From assembly GCF_000143415.4 (NCBI RefSeq), contig NW_003314365.1:201902-265901 (forward strand): 64,000 nucleotides of DNA, given 5' to 3'. The notes under the pieces are model-generated. The model was given only the letters and a program-made list of their open reading frames with translations, made no database searches and was not told where the DNA came from. The position numbers and the translations under genes were made by a program. The stretch comes from Selaginella moellendorffii. Lineage: Eukaryota > Plantae > Lycopodiophyta. Positions 1 through 10,554 of the stretch are shown one piece after another; the first letter of the stretch is position 1, and every line of letters starts with the position of its first letter.

Positions 1-1208
1 GTCTAATTTAAGAAGAGTTTATAAAAGAGCATAGCAATGACTACTTGAACCAATAGACTAATCGCTACAATCTTGATTGATCTACTTATAATCTTTTACC
101 CATGATACATGGTTTAACTCATGGTAACCACCAATATGCTAACATTAATCTTGCCAACTCAAAGTATAACTTAAGTTGCTAATATATCTCACTTACAAGC
201 CCAATTGAAAACTCGTGTAAACAATACATTTTAATCCATCTTATGAGCCCAAACACAAGTTCACATACTATGGTATAAGAAGGTAACCAAATCCATATCC
301 AAAGAATAAATGCAAAGTTTTAGCACCCAAATATGTACCCATTCGGATCATCATTTTCATCTCTCTATATATATAATAAGATTAATTGCCCAATCTCATT
401 AGATAGTACTCGTTGAGATATATCCTTTAATACTAAATGTAGTGCACATGGTTTTCACCCTTTATTCTATAGTGATTTACTATAGGATAACCATGAAATG
501 GAACCTAAACTGTCCATGTGTCACATGTCCAAAGATAATAAAGTGAAACTCGAGTTTTAGGGCCTTGGGCTACTAAATGAAAGAATAAAACCAAACTCCC
601 AAGCTTGCAATCAAGGAGTGAAGGAACTGGAGCATTGTAACGCACGTGGTTTTGACCCTTTATCCTATGGTGATTTACCATAGGATAACACCATGAAGTG
701 GAACCTAAACCTTTTTTGTGCCACGTTACAGATGCCATATGTCACATGCCATGTGTCCAAAAGACAATGGTGTGGAACCCGAGTTTCAGGGCTTTGGGCC
801 ACTGAATGAAGGAACGGTGACAAACTCCCAAGCATGGAGCCAAGGAGTGATGGAACCGAACTACAGAGCAACTCCCGAGCATACAGCCTAAGGAGTGAAG
901 GGACAGGAGCCCGGAGCTATTTGGAACAGTCCTAGAGTAACCAACATCCCAATGCTAGGACTAGCATGCAAAACAGAGCCAAACGGAGTTTAGTGCTATT
1001 TTGGCATATGGATGGCCTAACGTGAGGACATGGGTACTCCACCAGCTAGTATGGAATGGAACTTAGGCTTAGACCCAAACCGGATGCAGAACAAGGACAA
1101 GCACGCAAGCGGGAGTTAAACTATGCCTCAGGTTAGTCGGTCATGCCCGACCTACCCCCTTTGGGCTTTCACCCCAAGCCTCCCTTAGTATAAGGAGTTA
1201 GTCTTTGG

Positions 1209-2860
1209 TGTGAGACACAAAATCCCTAGGCCCCAAAGTGGAGCCGGAAGGGCGCCACGTGGTAGTGGCCGAAGCGAAAGCCAAACGAATGTAACACATT
1301 TGGACTAAAAGCTCTGACTTGAAAGGTTGAGAGTGGGAGTGGAACTCCCAACAAAGTGCTCAAGGAACAAGCACGAAGCAAGCAATAAGCGAGGCTCCAA
1401 AAAGGGACCCAAAAGGACTAACACATGACACGTGGAAGTGTCTGAGATGGACCTGAGTTGGAGTCCGAGATGGACCAAGATGGAGTCCGAGATGGAGTCC
1501 GAGATGGACCGAGACGGAGTCCGAGATGGAGTTCGAGATGGACCTGAGTTGGAGTCCGAGGTAGAGTCCGAGATGGAGTCCGAGATGGACTGAGACGGAG
1601 TCCGAGATGGAGTCCGAGATGGACCGAGACGGAGTCTGAGATGGAGTCCAAGATGGACCCGAGAAGGAATCCGAGATGGAGTCCAAGAAGGACCCGAGAT
1701 GGAGTCCGAGGTCGAGACTGAGATTGGGACCGAGACCTGGACCGAGACTGAGACCGAGACCGAGACCAAGACCGAGACCAAGACCGAGACTAAGGCCGAG
1801 ACCGAGCCCGAGTCCGAGTCCAAGTCCGAGTCTGAGTTCGAGTCCGAGTTCGAGTTCGAGTCTAAGAGGGTGAAAGCCCAAAGCGTTCATCTCCCAGACC
1901 CTGGGGGATTTGGTGAGCTCCAAAAGTATAGTAGGGGGAGGACTGTAGTGGAGCTAGTTTGGCCAGGAAAGGCCAATTTGGCCCAGGAAGGCTGTACCCA
2001 GTGTTGGGTGATGAGCTGCCCACTGGGAAGTCCAAGACTAGAGTGAACACGGATTGACAAGCGGGGTAGCTTGGTGAAGTGTTCAAGAGCCAGCTCTAGT
2101 TCCCTTGGGAGATCGACTGGCCGATGCTCCCAATCCAAGTGTGAGTGGCACTACCTAGTTGGATACTTGGTGTGGCTCAACAGAACCTCGCTCTAAGCCC
2201 ATGGCTAGAGCACCCAAAGGCGGAAGGCGGGGAGAGTACCCACGAGGCTCACGTAAGGCCGTGGTGTTCCAAAATGTTGCCCTAAAGTCCCAGACTGTGA
2301 AAAGGAGGAGGAGCCATCCTCTAGTGTAGAGACCAAGGATACAGTCATGTGAGGAGGTAGTCCCAGAGGACCGAGGGACTTAGTGGTCGGGCTTGTGGGC
2401 CTTGATCCAGTGGCAGTGTTGGTGAACACGGCCATAAACAAAAAGGGATTTGGTGGGGACTGGAAAAGGGATATTGGGGAAGGCTAATCCCCATGTCTGT
2501 GGGCATCCTAAGGATGCTAAGGAGTGGATCGGGGATGATCACTCATGGATGGATGGCCTAGTCTTTGAGAGATGGGACTGTGATGGAGGTGGTGTCAAAC
2601 CATCGGTGTGACCAAGGTGAATGGGCATGGCCTTAACGTAACAAGCTAATATGTCGGTGGTACCTTGTTGTGTCGGTCATGGGATCGGACATGTGGAGCA
2701 CTTGGACCAAGTGCAAAGGTTGAGTGGCAGGGATGCCATTCTCGGGGCTAGCAAGCCCAAGTCTGAAATAGGACTTATGGAGGTTGTGAGTGAGACTCCT
2801 TTAAGTGGTCAGAGGTGTGGTTAAGTGACTAAAGTAGAATGGAAAAATTAGTCGCTTACA
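1209..2860 (+). repeat. 5' LTR of family A element (1652 bp) with internal 12-bp and 6-bp tandem arrays
   Basis: TG...CA termini, followed by ACT and the PBS. Confidence 0.9.
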
Positions 2861-2863
2861 ACT

Positions 2864-2875
2864 TGGTATCTGAGC
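2864..2875 (+). promoter_or_regulatory. Primer-binding site, tRNA-iMet type
   Basis: TGGTATCTGAGC, one mismatch to the canonical TGGTATCAGAGC, 3 nt after the LTR end. Confidence 0.85.
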
Positions 2876-4447
2876 TGTTCCTTAGTCTGACTTTTATTGA
2901 TGCTCAAGTATATCACCATTGATGTTGGCATTGGAAGGTCCTAGGAGTGGGCCTATCCTTAGGCGCGATGTGGTGGATAGAAAAGGGCTAGTAAGGGAAC
3001 GACTTTGGGATCTTGGGAATAGTATAAGGGTTTCCTCAGAGAGTTGAGGATGTGATCCAGATGAGCATTTGACTTAGCAAACAGGCTAATGTAGTTGTGG
3101 TAAACAATTACAGTTGGGATCACGGGAAAGATGCAGACTCCAAAACAATAAAGGAGTCACAAGATTACCCTCATATAGTTAGGGTTGGTGCTCATAAATT
3201 TGAGATCGGAATTGATGACTGTGGGAGGTCAAATACGAAAGAGGACACAAGTCCTTGAAATGGTAGTTGGGGCTACCTCTAATAAATGTTGGAACAACTC
3301 AAGGAGTTAGGGGTGTACTCAGAGGATGAGTTGGTATTCTCATCGCATGGATAAGTGGTTCTAAGGGGTAGAAGTATTGGCACATTTGGTGTCTTCACAC
3401 CATCGGTTCCACGAGCCTACCTTTATGACACTTGCACTCGTGTCTAGGTCTTTTGCCAAGACCAACACAGTCGTTTCTCATGCCAACTATCCATTGGTAC
3501 TTCATCACAGTGTTCTCACACAACTCTACACCAAAGTTGCTTTCTTCTGGGAATATCTTTCCCACAACTTTAGTATGGCACATTTTGCCATCAATGAGAT
3601 ACCTACTGTTCTCATACTTGGATCTTATGATCCTCCCCATACCTCATGGGGCACCATACACCTCAGTCCAAATGCCTCAACCAATCCCTTAAGACCATTC
3701 CCTGACTCCACTTAAGTCATCCAGCATTTTGGACTTTTGCTAATCCAACGACCCATAAGGTCCTATTTTTGAGGTGGGTCCTATTTTTGAGGTGCTAGCT
3801 CACTGGAATACAACTTCTTGTATTCAGGTCCTACTCACAAGGACCATCTTTGCAAGTGTTACTCCGACACTTGATTTGTTCTCTTGGGGCAACCTTTTGC
3901 CCCTTAGGACCAATTGTCCATGTGATGAGAATACCAACTCATCCTCTGAGTACACCCCCACTCCTTGGGTCTTTCCAGCATTTATTAGAGGTAGCCTTGG
4001 CTACCATTTCGAGGACTTGTGTCCTCTTTTGTATTTGACCTTTCACGGTCAACAATTCCGGTCTCAAATTTATGAGTACCAGCTTCAACCATATAAGGGT
4101 AATCTTGTGACTCCTTTATTGTTTTGGAGTCTGCATCTTTCCCGTGAACCCAACTATAGTTGTTTACCACAACTACATTAGCTCGTTTGCTACGTCAAAC
4201 GCTCATCTGGATCACGTCCTCAGCTCTCAGAGGAAACCCTTATATTGTTCCCAAGATCCCAAAGTCGTTCCCTTACTGGCCCCTTTTCCATCCACCATAT
4301 CGTGCACAAGTTCACGCATGAACTTGAGTGGAGAGCCATGTCCTTTCGACATGCTACTCCTCGAGGATAGGTCCATATCTAGGACCTTCCAATTCCAATA
4401 CAAGTGGTGGTATACTTGGCCACCAATAAGAGTCAGGCTAAAGAACA

Positions 4448-4459
4448 GCTCTGATACCA
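4448..4459 (-). promoter_or_regulatory. Primer-binding site, tRNA-iMet type
   Basis: GCTCTGATACCA is the reverse complement of TGGTATCAGAGC. Confidence 0.9.
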
Positions 4460-5460
4460 AGTTGTAAGCGACTAATTTTTCCATTCTACTTTAGTCACTT
4501 AACCACACCTCCGACCACTTGGAGGAGTCTCATTCACAACCTCCATAAGTCTCATTCAGAACTTGGGGCTTGCTAGCCCCGAGAATGGCATCCATGCCAC
4601 TCAACCTTTGCACTTGGTCCAAGTGCTCCACGTGTTCGATCCCATGACCGACACCCCAAGGTACCACCGATATATGAGCATGTTACGCTAGGCCACGCTC
4701 ATTCACCTTGGTCACATCGGTGGTCTAACACCACCTACATTGCAATCCTGTCTCTCCAAGACTAGGCCATCCGTCCATGAGTGATCATCCTAGATCCACT
4801 CCTTAGCATCCTTAGGATGCCCCCAGACATGGGGAATAACCTTCACCAATATCCTTCTGTCAATCCCCACTAAGTCCCTTTTTGCCCTTGGCCGTATTTG
4901 CGAACACTGCCACTGGATCGAGGCTCACAGGCCTGACCACTAAGTCCCATGGTCCTCTGGGACTTCCTCACCACGTGACCATATCCTTGGCCACCACACC
5001 AAAGGACTGCTCCTTTTCCTTTCCACAGTCTGGGACTTGGGGACAACACTTCGGAACACTGTGGCCTTACGCGAGCCACCTGGGTACTCTCCCTGCCTTC
5101 CGCCTTTGGGTGCTCTAGCCATGGGCTTGGAGCGAGGTTCCATTGAGCCACGCCTAGTATCCAAGTAGGTAGTGCCACCCACACTTGGACTGGGAGCATC
5201 GGCCAGTCGATCTCCCGGGGGAACTAGAGCCGGCTCTTGAACACTTCACCAAGCTACCCCGCTTGTCGGTCCGTGTTCACTCTAGTCTTGGACTTCCCAG
5301 TGGTCAGTTCATCACCCAACACTGGGTCTGGCCTTCCTGGGCCAAACTGGCCTTTCCTGGCCAAACTGGCTCCACTGCAGTCCTCCCCCTTACTATACTT
5401 TTGGAGCTCACCAAACCCCCCAGGGTCTGGGAGACGAACGCTTTGGGCTTTCACCCTCTC

Positions 5461-6046
5461 AGACTCGAACTCGGACTCGGACTCGGACTTGGACTCGGAC
5501 TCGGACTCGGACTCGGGTTTGCTCTCGGCCTCCGCCTTGGTCTCGGTCTCGGTCCCGGTCTCGGTCTCAGTCTCGGTCTCGGTCCCGGTCTCGGTCCCGG
5601 TCTCGGTCTCGGTCCCGGTCTCGGTCCCGGTCTCGGTCTCGACCTCGGACTCCATCTCGGGTCCTTCTTGGACTCCATCTCAGATTCCATCTCGGGTCCA
5701 TCTCGGACTCCATCTCGGACTCCGTCTCGGTCCATCTCGGACTCCATATCGGACTCCACCTCGGACTCCATCTCGGACTCCATCTCGGACTCCACTTCGG
5801 ACTCCGTCTTGGTCCATTTCGGACTCCGTCTCGGTCCATCTCGGACTCCATCTCGGACTCCACCTCGGACTCCACCTCGGACTCCATCTGGGACTCCATC
5901 TCGGACTCCGTCTCGGACTCCGTCTTGGTCCATCTCGGACTCCATCTCGGACTCCACTTCGGACTCCATCTCGGACTCCATCTCGGACTCCATCTTGGAC
6001 TCCGTCTCGGTCCATCTCGGACTCCACTTCGGACTCCATCTCGGAC
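5461..6046. repeat. LTR-internal minisatellite: CTCGGA/CTCGGT hexamers followed by CGGACTCCATCT 12-mers
   Basis: Directly visible tandem units. The equivalent array lies in every family A LTR (~1445-1860, ~7880-8390, ~9230-9555, ~61890-62370, 63830-end). Confidence 0.95.
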
Positions 6047-8564
6047 TCTTCCACGTGTCATGTGTTGGTCCTTTTGGGCCCCTTTTTGGAGCCTCCCTTA
6101 TTGCTCGCTTCGTGCTTGTTCTTCGAGCACTTTGTTGGGAGTTCCACTCCCGCTCTCGACCTTCCAAGTCGGAGCTTTTAGTCCAAACGTGTTACGCTCG
6201 TTTGGCTTTCGCTTTGGCCACTACCACGTGGCACCCTTTCCAGCTCCACTTTGGGGCCTAGGGATTTTGTGTCTCACAACCTCGAGAATGGAGGTAGCGA
6301 TCCTATGTTGCTGGGTGCAACAATCAAGGATAGGAGCAAAAGACTAGTGGCCAAGTATGGGCCATGGAGTTCATTAGAGGGAATCCAAATGGCAAAGTTA
6401 AGCATGGAACACTAAGGTGTTAGATGCTAACGGATGGTGAAAAAGGAAGTGTGCTTCCAAGGATGGATTCCTAAATGCTCCAAATTGGCAAAGGTGAAAG
6501 CTCTAAGGAGGGAGCGGCAAAGTAGCCAAATGATAGGGCCATGGACAGCCCTAGCACAAAGTATGATAATTGGAACTTAGTGCCTAAGGTGGTACGAAAT
6601 ATAAAAAAGGATGATGGTGCCCTCAAGTAGAGAATTTTCTAGGATGGGGAAGTGAAGTTGCACAATATGTGCAATGAAAGGTGTCAGAGACACCAAGGAA
6701 ATTGACTTTGAGAAGTCAAAATTAAAACTTCCAAGGTGAACTGGTTATATCAATAGAAGTTGAGACTACTCGAGAAGGAGTAGTGGGGTTGAGATAGAGA
6801 CGGTGTTTCTAATAGGTTTAGCGAGAACTAAACTAATAAAAGGAGAGGACCACCACAAGTAGTTTAATCAGTCTCTAAGTGTAAATGACTAATTTTTCCA
6901 TTCTACTTTAGTCATTTAACCACACCTTCGACCATTTGGAGGAGTCTCATTCACAACCTCCATAAGTCCAATTCAGGACTTGGGACTTGCTAGCCCCAAG
7001 AATGGCATCCATGCCACTCAACCCTTGCACCTGGTCCAAGTGCTCCATGTGTTCGATCCCATGACCGACACTCAAAGGTACCACCAACATAGCAGCCTAT
7101 TACGCTAAGGCCATGCCCAATCACCTTTGCTGCACTGGTAGTCCAATACCACTTGCAACACAGTCTTGTCTCTCCAAGACTGGGCCAACCACCCATGAGT
7201 GGTTATCCCAGATCCACTCCTTAGCATCCTTAGGATGCCCACCGACAGAGGGAACAGCCTTCCCCAATATCCCTCTGTCAGTCCCCACTAAGTCCCTTTT
7301 TGCCTTTGGCCGTGTTTGCCAACACTGCTACTGGATCGAGGCCCACAGGCCCGACCACTAAGTCCCACAGTCCTCTGGGACTTCATCACCACACGACTGT
7401 GTCCTTGGTCACACCCCAGAGGACTGCTCCTCTTCCTTTCCACAGTCTGGGCCTTTGGGACGACATTTCGGAACACTGTGGCCTTACGCGAGCCACCTAG
7501 GTACTTTCCCCGCCTTCCGCCCTTGGGTGCTCTAGCCATGGGCTTAGAGCAAGGTTCCATTGAGCTACGCCTGGTATCCAAGTAGGTAGTGCCACCCACA
7601 CTTGGACTGGGAGCATCGGCCAGTCGATCCCCCAGGGGAACTAGAGTCGGCTCTTGAACACTTCACCAAGCTACCCCGCTTGTCGGTCCATGTTCACTCT
7701 AGTCTTGGACTTCCCAGTGGTCAGTTCATCACCCAACACTGGGTCTGGCCTTCTTAAGCCAAACTGGCCTTTCCTGGCCAAACTGGCTCCACTACAGTCC
7801 TCCCCTCTTACTATACTTTTGGAGCTCACTAAACCCCCCAGGGTCTGGGAGACGAACGCTTTGGGCTTTCACCCTCTCAGACTCGAACTCGGACTCGGAC
7901 TCGGACTCGGACTCGGACTCGGACTCGGGCTCGGTCTCGGCCTCCGCCCTGGTCTCGGTCTCGGTCCCGATCCCGGTCTCGGTCTCGGTCTTGGTCCCGG
8001 TCTCGGTCTCGACCTCGGACTTCATCTCGGGTCCTTCTCGGACTCCATCTCGGATTCCATCTCGGGTCCATCTCGGACTCCATCTCGGACTCCGTCTCGG
8101 TCCATCTCGGACTCCATCTCGGACTCCACTTAGGACTCCATCTCGGACTCCATCTCGGACTCCATCTTGGGTCCATCTCGGACTCCATCTCGGACTCCGT
8201 CTCGGTCCATCTCGGACTCCTTCTTGGACTCCGTCTCGGTCCATCTCAGACTCCATCTCAGACTCCACTTCGAACTCCATCTCAGACTCCATCTCGGACT
8301 CCATCTCGGTCCATCTTGGACTCCATCTCGGACTCCACTTCGGACTCCATCTCGGACTCCATTTCGGACTCCACCTCGGACTCCACCTCGGACACTTCCA
8401 TGTGTCATGTGTTGGTCCTTTTTGGAGCCTTGCTTATTGCTCGCTTCGTGCTTGTTCCTCGAGCACTTTGTTGGGAGTTCCACTCCCGCTCTCAACCTTT
8501 CAAGTCGGAGCTTTTAGTCCAAACGTGTTACGCTCGTTTGGCTTTCATTTCGGCCACTACCACG

Positions 8565-8758
8565 TGTAAGCAACCAAAGAGAACGACTTGAGAGACGGTC
8601 CATGGGGTTCAAATATAGAGTGAAAGGGCCCATGAACAAGAGTGCACCCCCTTTTCCAATCGGTTAAGGGTCTTGGGATACTTGGGGTTAAGCATCCTTG
8701 GGTTTGAATAGTACTGGGCTGGGTGACCTCCTGGGAAGTCCAAACTCAGGAACTTACA
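8565..8758 (+). mobile_element. 194-bp solo LTR with a 5S rRNA-derived segment (Cassandra-like TRIM)
   Basis: TGTAAG...CTTACA inverted termini with TSD CCACG at 8560-8564 and 8759-8763. Absent from the other family A LTRs. Contains a 5S-like segment at 8687-8741. Confidence 0.85.
8687..8741 (+). promoter_or_regulatory. 5S rRNA-like Pol III internal control region (A box, intermediate element, C box)
   Basis: GTTAAGCATCCTTGGGTTTGAATAGTACTGGGCTGGGTGACCTCCTGGGAAGTCC matches the plant 5S core as recalled (GTTAAGCGTGCTTGGGCGAGAGTAGTACTAGGATGGGTGACCTCCTGGGAAGTCC) at 47/55 by hand alignment. Confidence 0.85.
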
Positions 8759-8994
8759 CCACGTGGCACCCTTTCCAGCTCCACTTTGAGGCCTAGGGAT
8801 TTTGTGTCTCACACTAAGTTGGAGAGACTATGCTCCTTGGAGGAAGGGCAAGGCATGGTGAGCCTTCGGTATATAACCATTGACAAATATTGGCGAGGTG
8901 CCAAGAATGGAAAGGGTAATACATGTTGGTATTACTTTATAAAATAGTTTATTGTTCGATGAGGACATCGAACTTCATCTATGGGTGGTGGAGT

Positions 8995-10554
8995 TGTGAG
9001 ACACAAAATCCCTAGGCCCCAAAGTGGAGCTGGAAGGGCTCCACGTGGTAGTGGCCGAAGCGAAAGCCAAACGAGTATAACACGTTTGGACTAAAAGCTC
9101 CGACTTGAAATATCAAGAGCGGGAGTGGAACTCCCAACAAAGTGCTCGAGGAACAAGCACGAAGCGAGCAATAAGCGAGGCTCCAAAAAGGGACCCAAAA
9201 GGACTAACACATGACACGTGGAAGTGTCCGAGATGGACCTGAGTTGGAGTCCGAGGTGGAGTCCGAGATGGAGTCCGAGATGGACCAAGACGGAGTCCGA
9301 GATGGAGTCCGAGATAGACCGAGACGAAGTCCGAGATGGAGTTCGAGATGGACCTGAGTTGGAGTCCGAGGTGGAATCCGAGATGGAGTCCGAGATGGAC
9401 CGAGATGGAGTCCGAGAAGGACCCAAGATGGAGTCCGAGGTCGAGACCGAGACCGAGACCGAGACCGGGACCAAGATCGAGACCGAGGCCGAGACCGAGC
9501 CCGAGTCCGAGTCCGAGCCCGAATCTGAGTCTAAGTCCGAGTCCGAGTTTGAGTCTGAGAGGGTGAAAGCCCAAAGCGTTCGTCTCCCAGACCCTGGGGG
9601 GTTTGGTGAGCTCCAAAAGTATAGTAAGGGGGAGGACTGCAGTGGAGCCAATTTGGCTAGGAAAGGCCAGTTTGGCCCAGGAAGGCCAGACCCAATGTTG
9701 GGTGATGAGCTGCCCATTGGGAAGTCCAAGACTAGAATGAACACGGATCGATAAGCGGGGTAGCTTGGTGAAGTGTTCAAGAGCCAGCTCTAGTTCCCTT
9801 GGGAGATCGACTGGCCGATGCTCCCAGTCCAAATGTGGGTGGCACTACCTACTTGGATACCTGGCATGGCTCAACGGAACCTCGCTCTAAGCCCATGGCT
9901 AGAGCACCCAAAGGCGGAAGGCGGGGAGAGTACCCAGGTGGCTCGCGTAAGGCCGTGGTGTTCCAAAATGTTGCCCTAGAGTCCCAAACTATGAAAAGGA
10001 GGAGGAGCCATCCTCTAGTGTAGAGACCAAGGATATGTTCATGTGAGGAGGTAGTCCCAGAGGACCGAGGGACTTAGTGGTTGGGCTTGTGGGCCTTGAT
10101 CCAGTGGCAGTATTGGTGAACACAGCCATAGACAAAAAGGGATTTGGTGGGGACTGGAAAAGGGATATTGGGGAAGGCTAATCCCCATGTCTGTGGGCAT
10201 CCTAAGGATGCTAAAGAGTGGATCGGGGATGATCACTCATGGATGGATGGCTCAGTCTTTGAGAGATGGGACTGTGATGGAGGTGGTGTCAGACCATCGG
10301 TGTGACTAAGGTGAATAGGCATGGCATTAGCGTAACGGGTTGATATGTCAGTGGTACCTTGTGGTGTCGGCCATGGGATCAGACATGTGGAGCACTTGGA
10401 CCAAGTGCAAAGGTTGAGTGGTGGGGATGCCATTCTTGGGGCTAGCAAGCCCAAGTCTAAAATAGGACTTATGGAGGTTGTGAGTGAGACTCCTCTAAGT
10501 GGTCGGAGGTGTAGTTAAGTGACTAAAGTAGAATGGAAAAATTAGTCGCTTACA
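8995..10554 (+). repeat. 3' LTR of family A element (1560 bp)
   Basis: Preceded by the G-rich tract ATGGGTGGTGGAGT (8981-8994) and followed by TSD TTTGG. Confidence 0.9.

Larger units (their letters stand above)
3375..6278 (-). mobile_element. Truncated inverted family A element: 5' LTR 4463-6278, PBS and ~1.1 kb internal sequence
   Basis: Reverse-complement LTR TGTAAGCGAC...GTCTCACA. Perfect PBS on the minus strand at 4448-4459. 3893-4462 is the inverted homolog of 2861-3374. No 3' LTR or matching TSD found. Confidence 0.8.
6880..8813 (-). mobile_element. Family A solo LTR nested in the internal region of the outer element
   Basis: TGTAAATGAC...GTCTCACA with TSD CTAAG at 6875-6879 and 8814-8818. 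Confidence 0.9.
1209..10554 (+). mobile_element. Non-autonomous or internally deleted LTR retrotransposon (family A), probably Ty3/gypsy-type
   Basis: 5' LTR 1209-2860 and 3' LTR 8995-10554 (TGTGAGAC...GTCGCTTACA). TSD TTTGG at 1204-1208 and 10555-10559. PBS follows the 5' LTR and a purine-rich tract precedes the 3' LTR. The two LTRs share diagnostic variants. No gag/pol ORF in the internal region. Confidence 0.9.

Noticed and set aside
5461-6046. Possible CRISPR-like array
   Set aside because: The units are contiguous tandem repeats without unique spacers, in eukaryotic LTR context.
8687-8741. Genuine 5S rRNA gene
   Set aside because: Only the internal ~55 nt is present. It lacks the 5S 5' and 3' ends and a T-run terminator, and lies inside a TSD-flanked LTR.
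1305-9832. Long ORFs such as MDWEHRPVDLP..., SDSISDS..., GLHLGLHL... (also at 61607-62711)
   Set aside because: They are by-products of stop-free 6- and 12-bp arrays within LTRs. They are open in several frames on both strands, often start at non-ATG codons and are frameshifted between copies.
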